Assembly (NCBI GenBank): GCA_965223505.1
Contig: CBDCWP010000038.1
Span: 64,001 to 128,000 of the forward strand
From: Planctomycetota bacterium
Lineage (GTDB): Bacteria; Planctomycetota; PLA2; JAEUHO01
Direction: 5' to 3'
Length of the DNA: 64,000 nt
Part shown: positions 31,384 to 41,797 of the stretch, piece by piece
Position numbering within the stretch: the first letter of the stretch is position 1
Layout: each line of letters starts with the position of its first letter
Notes under the pieces: generated by a model
Seen by the model: the letters and a program-made list of their open reading frames with translations, nothing else
Databases searched by the model: none
What the model was told of the DNA's origin: nothing
Position numbers and translations under genes: made by a program

Positions 31384-32259
31384 CTAATCGGCGTGTTCGA
31401 CCGGGTCCTCTTCGCGATACGAAGGCCGGCCGCGCCACCCGAGCTTGCTTCGCAGCGCATCGTAGAACGGGCGGCCCGATACACGCAGCAGTCGGACCGG
31501 GACGTGCGCGTCGAAGACCTCGACGACGTGGTCGGCCGTGAGCGGATAGGGCTCAGCGCCGTCGACGGTCACGCTGGCGGGGGAACGGCTCTCCCCGCAC
31601 TGGAGCTCGATCCTGTGGTCGCCGGCCAGCACGACGGGACGGGTGGCCAGGCTGTGCGGCGCGATCGGCGCCATGACGATCGCGTTCACGGTCGGATCGA
31701 GCAAGGGTCCGCCGGCCGCCATCGCGTGCGCCGTGGATCCGGTGGCCGTCGCGAGGATGAGGCCGTCGCCCGAGTAGCGAATCGCCTCGCGGCCGTCGAT
31801 GCGCACGTCCACGTCCACCATGCGGCCGATGTTGTCTCGGCCGAGGACGACGTCGTTGAAGGCGAGCTCCTCGTGCTCGACCGCGCCGTCCTTGAGGAAG
31901 CGCACCCGGAGGCGCGTGCGCTCGCTGGTCGTGAACTTGCCCGCGAGGTAGTTGCGAATGCCCTCCTCGAGGTTGCCGGGCGAGACGTCGGCGAGAAAAC
32001 CGAACCGCCCGTAGTTCACGCCGAGAATGGGAATCGGATTGTCGGCGAGACGCCGCGCGACGTGAAGGATCGAGCCGTCGCCGCCGAAGACCAGGATGAA
32101 GTCCGCGTCGACGTTCGAGAGGTCGATGTCCGTGTCGAGATCGACGGCGACGATCTCGAGATGCTGCTCGAGAAAGTCGCGGTGGTCGGCGACCCCTTCC
32201 GCGACGCCCTTGCGGCGGCGGTCACCGACGATCAGTACGCGGGGCCTTCGGGTGGCCAT
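31384..32259 (-). CDS. nadK: NAD(+) kinase
   Basis: GGDGSIL, GVNYGRFGFL, FND, DGLILATATGSTAHAMAAGGP. Confidence 0.93.
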   Translation of the reverse strand: MATRRPRVLIVGDRRRKGVAEGVADHRDFLEQHLEIVAVDLDTDIDLSNVDADFILVFGGDGSILHVARRLADNPIPILGVNYGRFGFLADVSPGNLEEGIRNYLAGKFTTSERTRLRVRFLKDGAVEHEELAFNDVVLGRDNIGRMVDVDVRIDGREAIRYSGDGLILATATGSTAHAMAAGGPLLDPTVNAIVMAPIAPHSLATRPVVLAGDHRIELQCGESRSPASVTVDGAEPYPLTADHVVEVFDAHVPVRLLRVSGRPFYDALRSKLGWRGRPSYREEDPVEHAD

Positions 32260-32321
32260 CGGCGCAAGGGTAACGGACGGACTGCGATCGGGGGCCGATC
32301 GGACCTGGACGGCGTTCGTAG

Positions 32322-33716
<1,395 letters not shown>

Positions 33717-33727
33717 CCCCTCCCCGC

Positions 33728-33976
33728 CTGCTGCGCCCGGCGATGCTCTCGCTGCGCCGGCTTCTGACTCGGAACCCGGTCCTCGACGTGCAATCGCACG
33801 CCTCCGGCCGGAACCCTCGTCCGAACCCAGGCTCGCTTCGGCCTCCCCGGGCTCGCGACGGCGGGTGACTGCTACGCCCGGCGATGCTCTCGCTGCGCCG
33901 GGTTCCGACTCGGAACCCGGTCCTCGACGTGCCGATGCACGCCTCCGGCCGGGACCCTCCTCCGAACCCAGGCTCG
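33728..33976. repeat. Tandem direct repeat, 2 x ~108 nt at a 141-nt period, palindromic (REP-like)
   Basis: Copies at 33728-33835 and 33869-33976; the central stem CGTGC-N4-GCACG is kept while the loop differs (AATC vs CGAT); located between convergent genes. Confidence 0.85.
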
Positions 33977-33980
33977 TCGT

Positions 33981-34397
33981 TTAGTTGCCGTCGCCCTCGG
34001 GCTTCGGGAGGTCGGGCAGCGGCCCGCTCGAACCGAAGAGGTCGTACGTCTGACCCGACGCGGTCCGCAGCGACCCGGCCGTGACCTTCTCCTTGTCGCC
34101 CTGCGTGACGACCGTCGCGGTGAGCTCCCCCGAGCCCTTCGATCCCTAGAGGTTGAACACGAACTCGTCCTCGGCGCCGGAGGCCGAGGACTTCGTCAGG
34201 TCGAGCTCGATCTCGTTGATGTTGCCGATGTGCTCGAGAATGACGGGGTTGTCACGGATGTCCGTCTTCACCTGTTCCGCGATCACGTCGAAGCCGAACT
34301 GCACGACGAAGTAGCCACCGACACCGATCACGACGAGCACCGCCACGATGATCAGGATGATCATCCCGGCTCCGCCGGACTCACGACTGCGCCTCAT
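33981..34397 (-). pseudogene. Small membrane-anchored protein (possibly Coa1-like) interrupted by an in-frame TAG
   Basis: GGAGG SD and ATG 34397; one TM; ...EFVFNL*GSKGSGELTATVVT...DGN* reads on in frame past TAG 34148-34146 to TAA 33983-33981. Confidence 0.6.
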
Positions 34398-34459
34398 GGT
34401 TGATTCCTCCGGCGCCAAGCGTACCCAGGCGCGCCGGACGATGCATCCGACTCGACGGA

Positions 34460-35272
34460 CTACTCCTTCGAATCCACCGGCAGGTGGGCCAGATGCAGGA
34501 TCTGCGCAGCGTGATTGGCCTGCTGAGGATCCTCGGCGTTCTCGTCGAGGATGCGTGACTCGAATGTCGAACGGAATGCCAGGTATCGGTCTTTGTGAGC
34601 GCGCACGACGTACTCGTACGTGAATCCGCTCGACTCGCCGGGGTTCAGTTTCGCAAGCCCACCCTGGCCGCCGTCCACGAATTCGATCGACTCCTGGACC
34701 TTCCACTGAACCCGGCCCAAAACCGAGTCCGAAGTTCCGGGCACGTTGACACGCAGCACCGACTCCTTCGCGCTCGAGTCTTCGATGAGGGTGCCGAGAT
34801 AGGGAACGATCACGTTGCGAAGGATACGAATGGGAACCTGGCCGATGTTCTTGAACGTCATCCCGAAGGTAGCAACGTAGCGGCCCGTGCCGTCGTCGGC
34901 ATGCTCACTGATCGCCCGCGCGTTCATCGTCACCGTCCACTCGAGATTGCGATCGACCTCACCGCGAAACCGCACCTGTTGGAGCCGCAGATCGAGTTCC
35001 TTCAGGCTCAGCTCCGTACGAGACTTCTCCAGGGCGATCTCGTTTCGCTCGGCCTCATACGCGAAGTACTTGATGATGGCGAAGCAAAACGCGAAGACGA
35101 CGCCCGCGATCTTGAGAACACGCTCGAGCTTGTCGAAGTCCCGCCACCATTTCGTTGGAGCCGCCGCGCGCGGCGGCGGCTGCTTGAAGCCCTCGATCGT
35201 CTTCAGCGCCGCGGCAAGCTGATCGCCATCGAACTTGAAGACGCCCCTCGATCCGCTTGACTCCGCCGCCAT
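34460..35272 (-). CDS. Hypothetical protein, single TM plus coiled coil and beta domain
   Basis: ATG 35272, 4 nt after the upstream stop; TM IAGVVFAFCFAII; FKNIG.VP motif. Confidence 0.55.
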   Translation of the reverse strand: MAAESSGSRGVFKFDGDQLAAALKTIEGFKQPPPRAAAPTKWWRDFDKLERVLKIAGVVFAFCFAIIKYFAYEAERNEIALEKSRTELSLKELDLRLQQVRFRGEVDRNLEWTVTMNARAISEHADDGTGRYVATFGMTFKNIGQVPIRILRNVIVPYLGTLIEDSSAKESVLRVNVPGTSDSVLGRVQWKVQESIEFVDGGQGGLAKLNPGESSGFTYEYVVRAHKDRYLAFRSTFESRILDENAEDPQQANHAAQILHLAHLPVDSKE

Positions 35273-35276
35273 GGCG

Positions 35277-35810
35277 CTAGTTGGAGATGTCCTGGATCGA
35301 CACGCTCCATTGGAAGCGACACACCGTCGACGGGCTGCCGTCCTCGGCGGGGAGGCACTCGAACTCGACCATGTCGATGCCTTCGGAGCAACACACGGTG
35401 TGGTCACTCGTGACGATCACCGGCTCCTTCGCCCCTCCGACCCTGCAGTGCGTGGTGACCTGCAGCCGGCAATTGCCGGTCGCGACGAACAGAATATCGA
35501 GCTTGAGACATTGATCTTCCGGCCGGAAGAGTCGAAGTTCGTCGTTGTCGCCGCAACGCAAGATCATCGTGCCCTTGGACGCACCGCCGACGGACGCCGC
35601 GTCGCCGGTGGAGCCGGAGCTTGCCGCTGCCGAAGCCTGCTTCAATGCGAAGCGCGGCTCTTCGAGCGCCTCGGCGCGAAGCAGGTCGTCTTGAAGGCCG
35701 GGCTCGTCAGCGACCGCGGGCGCGCGGCAAGGCTGTCGACACACACACCCTGTCAGGATCGCCACCGCACCCAACAACACTCCAAAACGCGCAATTCGCG
35801 CCATACGCAT
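35277..35810 (-). CDS. Cysteine-rich putative lipoprotein
   Basis: Signal peptide ending in the lipobox LTGC; 11 Cys in 177 aa; AAGGGG SD. Confidence 0.6.
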   Translation of the reverse strand: MRMARIARFGVLLGAVAILTGCVCRQPCRAPAVADEPGLQDDLLRAEALEEPRFALKQASAAASSGSTGDAASVGGASKGTMILRCGDNDELRLFRPEDQCLKLDILFVATGNCRLQVTTHCRVGGAKEPVIVTSDHTVCCSEGIDMVEFECLPAEDGSPSTVCRFQWSVSIQDISN

Positions 35811-35955
35811 CGCCCCTTTCCCACGTACTGCGTCCCCACGGCACATCGAGCAACCGCCTGAATCTGGCGAATCAGCCGCACGGCGTCAACGACATTTCAG
35901 TCACGGCACCCGGATGGTCGACAGGAGTGCAGTTCGTACGCACAGGGGGTTGCCC

Positions 35956-36789
35956 GTGTTCGACAACCGCAGACAGGCCCAGCGCATCGCCTTCGGCGGC
36001 TCCGCGACCGTCGCCACCGCCCGCGGTGCAGTCGAGGCCGAGATCCAGGATCTGAGCTACGCCGGCATTCGCGTCCGCGTGCGCGCGGAGTCGCTCGGGT
36101 TCGCGTCGAGCTCTCAACTGGCGTCGACGGCGAAGAACGTCCAGGCGACCCTCGGCGCCCGTTTCGACGTGTCGCTCCACGAGTCCGAGCTCGGTTCCTT
36201 GGTGCAGCGACGCGTCGACCTGACCCGCATCTCGATTCCGAGCAATGCGCCCGAGTCCATCGACCTGGGTTGCCGGTTCGAGACACCGCTCACCATCGAG
36301 GAGACCGAGGTCCTGGGTGCCGAGCTGCCTCCGCAAAGAGCCCGCTTCCATCCGAACGCCGGCGGCCCGAAGGCGCGGACGCCGCTGTCCGACTGGGACG
36401 ATCTCCCGTTCAACGAACGCTGGATCCGGTTCGCGCCGAACAAGTTCCGCGCCTACGTCAACGCCCGGGTCTCGCTCGATCCGGCGCTTGCCTGTGACAC
36501 GAAGTCGGTGTCGCCGGACGCGCTTCGTGTCTGGTGCCGGCGCGACGGGAACCGATTCGCGCTCGGCGAGTCCCACAACATTCTCAATGCGGCCGTGCTG
36601 TTCAGCGAGCGGTACGGCGACTACGTCGAGTTGCGTGTCACGCAGGGCGCCGACGAAGTCTGGAACGGCGTGGCGTGCGTGCGCGGGGTCGAGATCAACC
36701 CCGACAAGCCCAGTGTCATGCTGCTCACACTCGGCTTCGGGCGCGCGCTCGATCGTGAAGAGCGCACGCGTTTCGGCCTGACCGGCTGA
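35956..36789 (+). CDS. PilZ-domain (c-di-GMP receptor-like) protein, probably tandem PilZ
   Basis: NRRQAQR (RxxxR) and DLSYAG (D/NxSxxG), LGCRF; second degenerate unit ending LGFGR; start chosen at the GTG after AGGGGG. Confidence 0.65.
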   Translation: MFDNRRQAQRIAFGGSATVATARGAVEAEIQDLSYAGIRVRVRAESLGFASSSQLASTAKNVQATLGARFDVSLHESELGSLVQRRVDLTRISIPSNAPESIDLGCRFETPLTIEETEVLGAELPPQRARFHPNAGGPKARTPLSDWDDLPFNERWIRFAPNKFRAYVNARVSLDPALACDTKSVSPDALRVWCRRDGNRFALGESHNILNAAVLFSERYGDYVELRVTQGADEVWNGVACVRGVEINPDKPSVMLLTLGFGRALDREERTRFGLTG

Positions 36790-36807
36790 TCGACGCGTCA
36801 CGCCGCG

Positions 36808-37190
36808 CTACGCCTCCGAGCGGATCAACCCGTCGAGCCAGTCATTGCGCCCGCAGTCGATGACGAGGTGCACCCGCGGCGTCGTTCCGCGATAGTCGAC
36901 GGCATGCGGGCGGATCCAATCGGACACTCGAACGCGCCCAGCACGTCGCGCAAGTAGGCACACCGATCGAGCCAGGCCGTCTCGATCCAATCTCCGCCGC
37001 CCCAGTGCGTGGTCAGCTGGAGAATGGGATGGTCCGCGCCCGAGCGCGCGCGCAGCGCGATGCCGCCCCACGACCCTTCGTAGTCCGCCTGGTTGAAGTG
37101 CGCCGTCCAGTCCTCGTCGCGGAAGCCCTTGATCGACGTGTCCAGCCGGTCGGGGTCGAAGTGCAACGGAAGTCGCGCGAACGCGTGCAA
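36808..37190 (-). pseudogene. Aspartyl/asparaginyl beta-hydroxylase-like (2OG-Fe(II)) gene with internal deletion and frameshift
   Basis: N-part LPLHFDP..W..HFN..YEGSW..IALR..CPIGSAR joins at ~36908, in another frame, to PHAV..G...RVHLVID; the central HxD-containing segment is absent. Confidence 0.7.
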
Positions 37191-37212
37191 CGCGGATATC
37201 GTGCAGCGCGAG

Positions 37213-38322
37213 ATGAGCATCAGGTCCCTCCTCGCGTCGGCATTCCTCCTCGCGATCCTCGGCGCCGCGTGGGCCGGCGACGAACCGAAGATCGTGGAGA
37301 AGCGCGACGGACGCTACCTCCGGCTGTCGCTGAAGGACGACCCCAAGGCGCAAGGCTGGCTCTATGAAGTCTGGGACGATGCCGAAGGGGAAGCCGAGAA
37401 GCACGCCGAGCTGATCGTCGCGCTTCACGGCGCCGGCGGCGACCCGCGCAACTTCATCCTGCCGAGACTGATGACGGACCGGCACGCGTTCTGCCTCGCC
37501 GTTGCGGGACGACGCGAGGTCGCGCACGCGACGGGCCGGGGATTCATGTGGAGCCGCGACGACGTGGCGTACGTGCTAGCTTTGACACGCCACGTCATCA
37601 AGACGCGCCGCGTGGACCCCAGGCGCGTTCTGGTCTGGGGCCACTCCGCCGGCGGCGTCATGACGCTCGACGTGCTAGCGCAGGCGCCCGAGCTCTTCGC
37701 CGGTGCGCTGACGTCGGCGGCGGGCGCCGCGCCGGGCACGCCGCACGCCGCGAAGCGCGTCTTCGTGATCCTGGGCGAGGACGACCCGAACTACCGCATC
37801 GCACCGCGCGTACGCGAGCACATCGAGCGAGCCGAGAAGGCGCCCGGCTCGTGCGCCCTGCTGTCCGTCGAGTGGCTCGAGCACGTGCTGCCGGCCAACG
37901 ACTTCCTCGACCTCGGCTTCGACTGGGTGATGCACGGCAAGGGGCGCGGCGGCGAGGCGAAGGTGGGGCTCGTTCCGAAGGGTCGTGCCGGCCCCTGGCG
38001 GCACATTCTCATCCGTCACACCGAGGCGAAGGAGCGCGACGAGGACGTGGAACGAAGCAAGAAGGACGCCGTCGCGCTGCTGGACGACGTCCGCAAGGCC
38101 GTGACCGACGGGACGGCGTTCTTTCCCTTCGAAGCGGCGCGCCTCTCCGAGGACACCCGCAGCAGATCCGCGGGCGGCGGGCTGTCACCGAGGCGCGTGG
38201 TGTCGTACTTCGGCGAGGCGCCGGCACTGGAACCGGGCGCATCCCCCGAGGTGATCGCGTCGTCGTTCGGCCTTCATCTCGTCCTGCGCGAGATCGACGA
38301 GGACGGCGAAGAAGAAGACTAG
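37213..38322 (+). CDS. Secreted alpha/beta-hydrolase fused to a parvulin-type PPIase domain
   Basis: Signal peptide; ALHGAGG, GHSAGG (Ser), GEDDP (Asp), LEH (His); C-terminal RHILI, AARLSED..S...GG.L, SSFGLHLV. Confidence 0.72.
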   Translation: MSIRSLLASAFLLAILGAAWAGDEPKIVEKRDGRYLRLSLKDDPKAQGWLYEVWDDAEGEAEKHAELIVALHGAGGDPRNFILPRLMTDRHAFCLAVAGRREVAHATGRGFMWSRDDVAYVLALTRHVIKTRRVDPRRVLVWGHSAGGVMTLDVLAQAPELFAGALTSAAGAAPGTPHAAKRVFVILGEDDPNYRIAPRVREHIERAEKAPGSCALLSVEWLEHVLPANDFLDLGFDWVMHGKGRGGEAKVGLVPKGRAGPWRHILIRHTEAKERDEDVERSKKDAVALLDDVRKAVTDGTAFFPFEAARLSEDTRSRSAGGGLSPRRVVSYFGEAPALEPGASPEVIASSFGLHLVLREIDEDGEEED

Positions 38323-38338
38323 TCGCTCCGAGCGCCGC

Positions 38339-39895
38339 CTACTTCGCCTTCGCCCAATCGGGAAGCGTGCCGGGGTCGATGCCCATCACGGGACCCGACA
38401 GGAGCGTGAAGATCAGCGCGACGAGAATGATCCCGATGATGTTGAACCAGATGCCGGCACGAACCATGTCGCGAATGGGCACCCAGCCCGAGCCGAACAC
38501 GATGGCTTGCGTCGGCGATGCGACCGGCATCATGAACGCACAGCTCGCGGACAACGTGGCCGGGATCATCAGGAAGCGCGGGTCGGTGCCGATCGCCGTG
38601 CCCGCGGACGCCAGGATGGGCAGGACCATCTCCGTCGTCGCGGTGTTGCTGGTGAGCTCGGTGAGAAACGTGAGGACCACGCACACGAGGATCATCACGA
38701 GAATCGGCGACTGTCCCTGCAGACCCGCGAACTGACCGCCGAGCCAGTCGGAGAGCCCCGACGACTTGAAGCCGGCCGCGAGCGCGAAGCCGCCGCCGAA
38801 CAACAGGAGCATCCCCCAGGGGACGTTCCTCGTGTGCCGCCACTCGAGCAGTCGCTCGCCTTTGCGCTCCTTCGACGGGATCACGAACAGGGAGATGGCC
38901 ATCGCCATCGCGACGACGGCGTCGCCGACGAAGTCCCTCACGCCGTCGTCCGTCACCTCCTTCTGAAGGAACGGCAGCGAACCCCACCCGCGGAGCGATA
39001 CGCCGCCGATGTCGAAGCCCTTGCGGGTCATCCACAACAGCGCCGTGGTGCCGAACACGACCGCCGTGATCACCTCGTCACGACGAAGCGGGCCGAGCTC
39101 GCTGCGTAGCTGCCGGACCGCGTCGCGCCCGCCGAGCAACGACGCCCCCGGCAGCTTGAACGTGACGTGCGTCAGCATGAACCAGCCGGAGACGAGGAAG
39201 GCGACGGAGATGGGCAACCCCAGCAGCATCCACTCGGCGAAGGAAGGCGCCGGCGCCCCTTCGAAGAGACGCACGAGCTGTTCCTTGTACGACAGGTTGG
39301 GCGGCGTTCCGACCAACGTCGACATGCCGCCGATGTCGGCGGCGTACGCGATCCCGAGCATGACCGTGACGCCGAGCAGCTTCAGATCGCGCTCGCCGAC
39401 ACCGCGGTCCTTCGCCGCGGCGAGGACGGCGAGGCCGATCGGCAGCAGCACCATGACCGTCGCAGTGTTCGAGATCCACATCGACAACATCGCCGAGGCG
39501 AGCATGAAACCGAGCACCAGACGCTTCGGCTGACCACCGACGGTGCCGACGATCGCGAGCGCCATGCGACGGTGCACGCCGGACGCCTGGAGTCCGAGCG
39601 CGAGCAGGAAGCCACCGAGAAAGAGAAAGATCGTCGAGCGCGCGTAGTTCGGCGCGACCTTGTACATGGGGTCGATGCCCAGGACCGGCAGGAGCACGAG
39701 CGGGAGCACCGCCGTGACCGGGATCGGCACGGCTTCCGTAACCCACCACACGGCCATCCAGACGGCGACCGCCGCCATGCGCGCGACGCCCGGATCGTCG
39801 CCGGGACCCAGCAGCCAGACCACGCCCGCCAGGGCCGGTCCGAGCGCGAGCTTCCAGCGCCGGCCCCGCACGTCGGGGTTGTCCGAGTTGTTCAT
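38339..39895 (-). CDS. DASS/SLC13 family anion (dicarboxylate/sulfate):Na+ symporter
   Basis: WWVTEAVP, LSMWISNTAT, TLVGTPPN, LLFGGG, TELTSNTAT, AFMMPVASP. Confidence 0.93.
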   Translation of the reverse strand: MNNSDNPDVRGRRWKLALGPALAGVVWLLGPGDDPGVARMAAVAVWMAVWWVTEAVPIPVTAVLPLVLLPVLGIDPMYKVAPNYARSTIFLFLGGFLLALGLQASGVHRRMALAIVGTVGGQPKRLVLGFMLASAMLSMWISNTATVMVLLPIGLAVLAAAKDRGVGERDLKLLGVTVMLGIAYAADIGGMSTLVGTPPNLSYKEQLVRLFEGAPAPSFAEWMLLGLPISVAFLVSGWFMLTHVTFKLPGASLLGGRDAVRQLRSELGPLRRDEVITAVVFGTTALLWMTRKGFDIGGVSLRGWGSLPFLQKEVTDDGVRDFVGDAVVAMAMAISLFVIPSKERKGERLLEWRHTRNVPWGMLLLFGGGFALAAGFKSSGLSDWLGGQFAGLQGQSPILVMILVCVVLTFLTELTSNTATTEMVLPILASAGTAIGTDPRFLMIPATLSASCAFMMPVASPTQAIVFGSGWVPIRDMVRAGIWFNIIGIILVALIFTLLSGPVMGIDPGTLPDWAKAK

Positions 39896-39913
39896 AGGCT
39901 CCCGCTCGGATCG

Positions 39914-41782
39914 CTAGGCGACGCCACCCGGCGTCGGCAGCGCGTTTCCCACGAATTCGAGCAGCACGGTAGGCGTGAAGGGCTTCTGAAGGAAGTGCAC
40001 CTCGACGCCGACCGGCACCTCCAGCGCCTGGAAGGTATAGCCGGACACGAAGAGCGTCACGAGGCCGGGACGACGGCGCGCGAGCTCTTGCGCGAGCTCG
40101 ACACCGCCCAGACGCGGCATCACGACGTCGGTGAGGAGCAGGTCGATGTCGCCGGCGTGCTCGTCGGCCACTTCCAGCGCGTGGCGGCCGTCGCTCGCCA
40201 CCAGGACCCGATACCCGCGGCTCTCCAGCACGTCGCTTGTCAGACGTCGTATTTGTTCCTCGTCCTCGACGACGAGAACGGTCGCGCGGCATTGGTCGGC
40301 ATGGGGCGCCTCTCGCGACTCGAGCGCCGCATGCGAGGGCGCCTCGACCGTCGGAAACACGGCCGTGAAGCACGAACCGCGTCCGGGACGGCTGCGCACG
40401 TTGACGAACCCGCCGTTTTGCCTGACCAGGCCGTACACGGTCGCGAGACCCATGCCGGTTCCCGCTCCCACCTCCTTGGTCGTGAAGAAGGGCTCGAAGA
40501 TGCGCGCGCGCGTCTCGGCATCCATGCCGCAGCCGGTGTCGGCAACGGAGACCACGGCGTGCCGAGCCGGGTCGAAGGACCCGTCGTCCTCGCGAGCATC
40601 CTCCGGGCGCGCAGGACGCGACTCGATCGTCAAGACGCCGCCGGACGGCATCGCATCGCGGGCGTTGACGACGAGGTTCAGGACAACCTGCTCGATCTGG
40701 GTTCCGTCGGCGCGAATGCACGCGGCGTCCGAGGTCGTCTTGAGATCGAGCTGAATGTGCTCACCGATGATCCGTCGAAGCATCGTCGCCATCGCCTGCG
40801 CGAGGTTGTTGAGATTCAGGACCTCCGGCGTGCGCGGCTGCTTGCGACTGAACGCGAGCAGCTGCGTGGTGATCTTGGCGGCGCGCTCGGCCGCCTCGAC
40901 GATGCCCTCGACGTCGGCCTTGTTGTCCGCGTCGGACGCGACCCGCTCGAGCAGCATGTGTCCGTGTCCCAGGATCACCGTCAACAGATTGTTGAAGTCG
41001 TGTGCGATGCCGCCCGCGAGCCGCCCGATCGCCTGCATCTTCTGCGACTGCAAGAGCTGCCGCTGCGTGCGCTCCAGATGGTCGAGGCTCGACTGCAGCT
41101 GTCGATTCGCGTCCGCGAGCTGGCCACCGCGCTGACGCAGGTCGGAGGTCATCTGCGTGGCCTGGATCGCGCGTTCGAGGTGGGACGCGAACAGCTGCAG
41201 GAACGGCAGGCACGACTCGTCGACCGGCGCCTTGAAGAAAGCGCGAGAGCGCCCGGTTCGACGGCTGACCACGAACGCGACAAGACGGCCCTGGGTCGAT
41301 CGAAGCGGCATGTACACGCACGTCGCCTTTGCGTCCGCGCTCTGCTCGATGCAAAGGTGCGACAGCTCTTCGACCAGCGGTTTCGCGGCGTCCTCTCCGG
41401 TGCAGAGCTCGGCGCGATCGACCGCAGACGCCCACTGCACGAATGCCGCCGACGCAGGCTCGGGTTCCGCATCGGACGCACCGGCGACGTATCCGACGAG
41501 ATGCCCCTCCGGAGTGGCGCGAAACAGAACGACCTGGTCGAGATCGAACACGGAAAGCAACAGCTCGGCGCCGCGGTCGAGAACGACGCTCGCGTCGTCG
41601 AGTCCGGAGCACCGCAGCGCAAGATCGCTCAGGGCCTGGATCTGCGTCAGCTGCCGGTCGAGGTCCTTCTGCGTTCGGTACAGCTTCTGCTCGGTCCGCA
41701 CGAGCAACTTGATCTGGTCGGCCAGCGCGTCGTTCTCGGAGCGCAGGGCGCCGGCGGTGCGTTCGTTGGAGTTGGTCGTCAA
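39914..41782 (-). CDS. Cytoplasmic hybrid histidine kinase (GAF-like, HisKA, HATPase, REC)
   Basis: AGGIAHDFNNLL, NLVVNARDAM, DTGCGM, FEPFFTTK, GTGMGL, VVEDE, LTDVVMP, LQKPF. Confidence 0.93.
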   Translation of the reverse strand: MTTNSNERTAGALRSENDALADQIKLLVRTEQKLYRTQKDLDRQLTQIQALSDLALRCSGLDDASVVLDRGAELLLSVFDLDQVVLFRATPEGHLVGYVAGASDAEPEPASAAFVQWASAVDRAELCTGEDAAKPLVEELSHLCIEQSADAKATCVYMPLRSTQGRLVAFVVSRRTGRSRAFFKAPVDESCLPFLQLFASHLERAIQATQMTSDLRQRGGQLADANRQLQSSLDHLERTQRQLLQSQKMQAIGRLAGGIAHDFNNLLTVILGHGHMLLERVASDADNKADVEGIVEAAERAAKITTQLLAFSRKQPRTPEVLNLNNLAQAMATMLRRIIGEHIQLDLKTTSDAACIRADGTQIEQVVLNLVVNARDAMPSGGVLTIESRPARPEDAREDDGSFDPARHAVVSVADTGCGMDAETRARIFEPFFTTKEVGAGTGMGLATVYGLVRQNGGFVNVRSRPGRGSCFTAVFPTVEAPSHAALESREAPHADQCRATVLVVEDEEQIRRLTSDVLESRGYRVLVASDGRHALEVADEHAGDIDLLLTDVVMPRLGGVELAQELARRRPGLVTLFVSGYTFQALEVPVGVEVHFLQKPFTPTVLLEFVGNALPTPGGVA

Positions 41783-41797
41783 CGGCGTGGCTCTCGG

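Noticed and set aside
33728..33976. CRISPR array
   Set aside because: Only two copies of a ~108-nt unit, far longer than CRISPR repeats, and no cas genes.
37980..38300. The parvulin domain as a displaced NxrX
   Set aside because: It is fused to a secreted hydrolase and lies more than 20 kb from narGH, whereas the Nar catalytic subunits are expected to be cytoplasmic.
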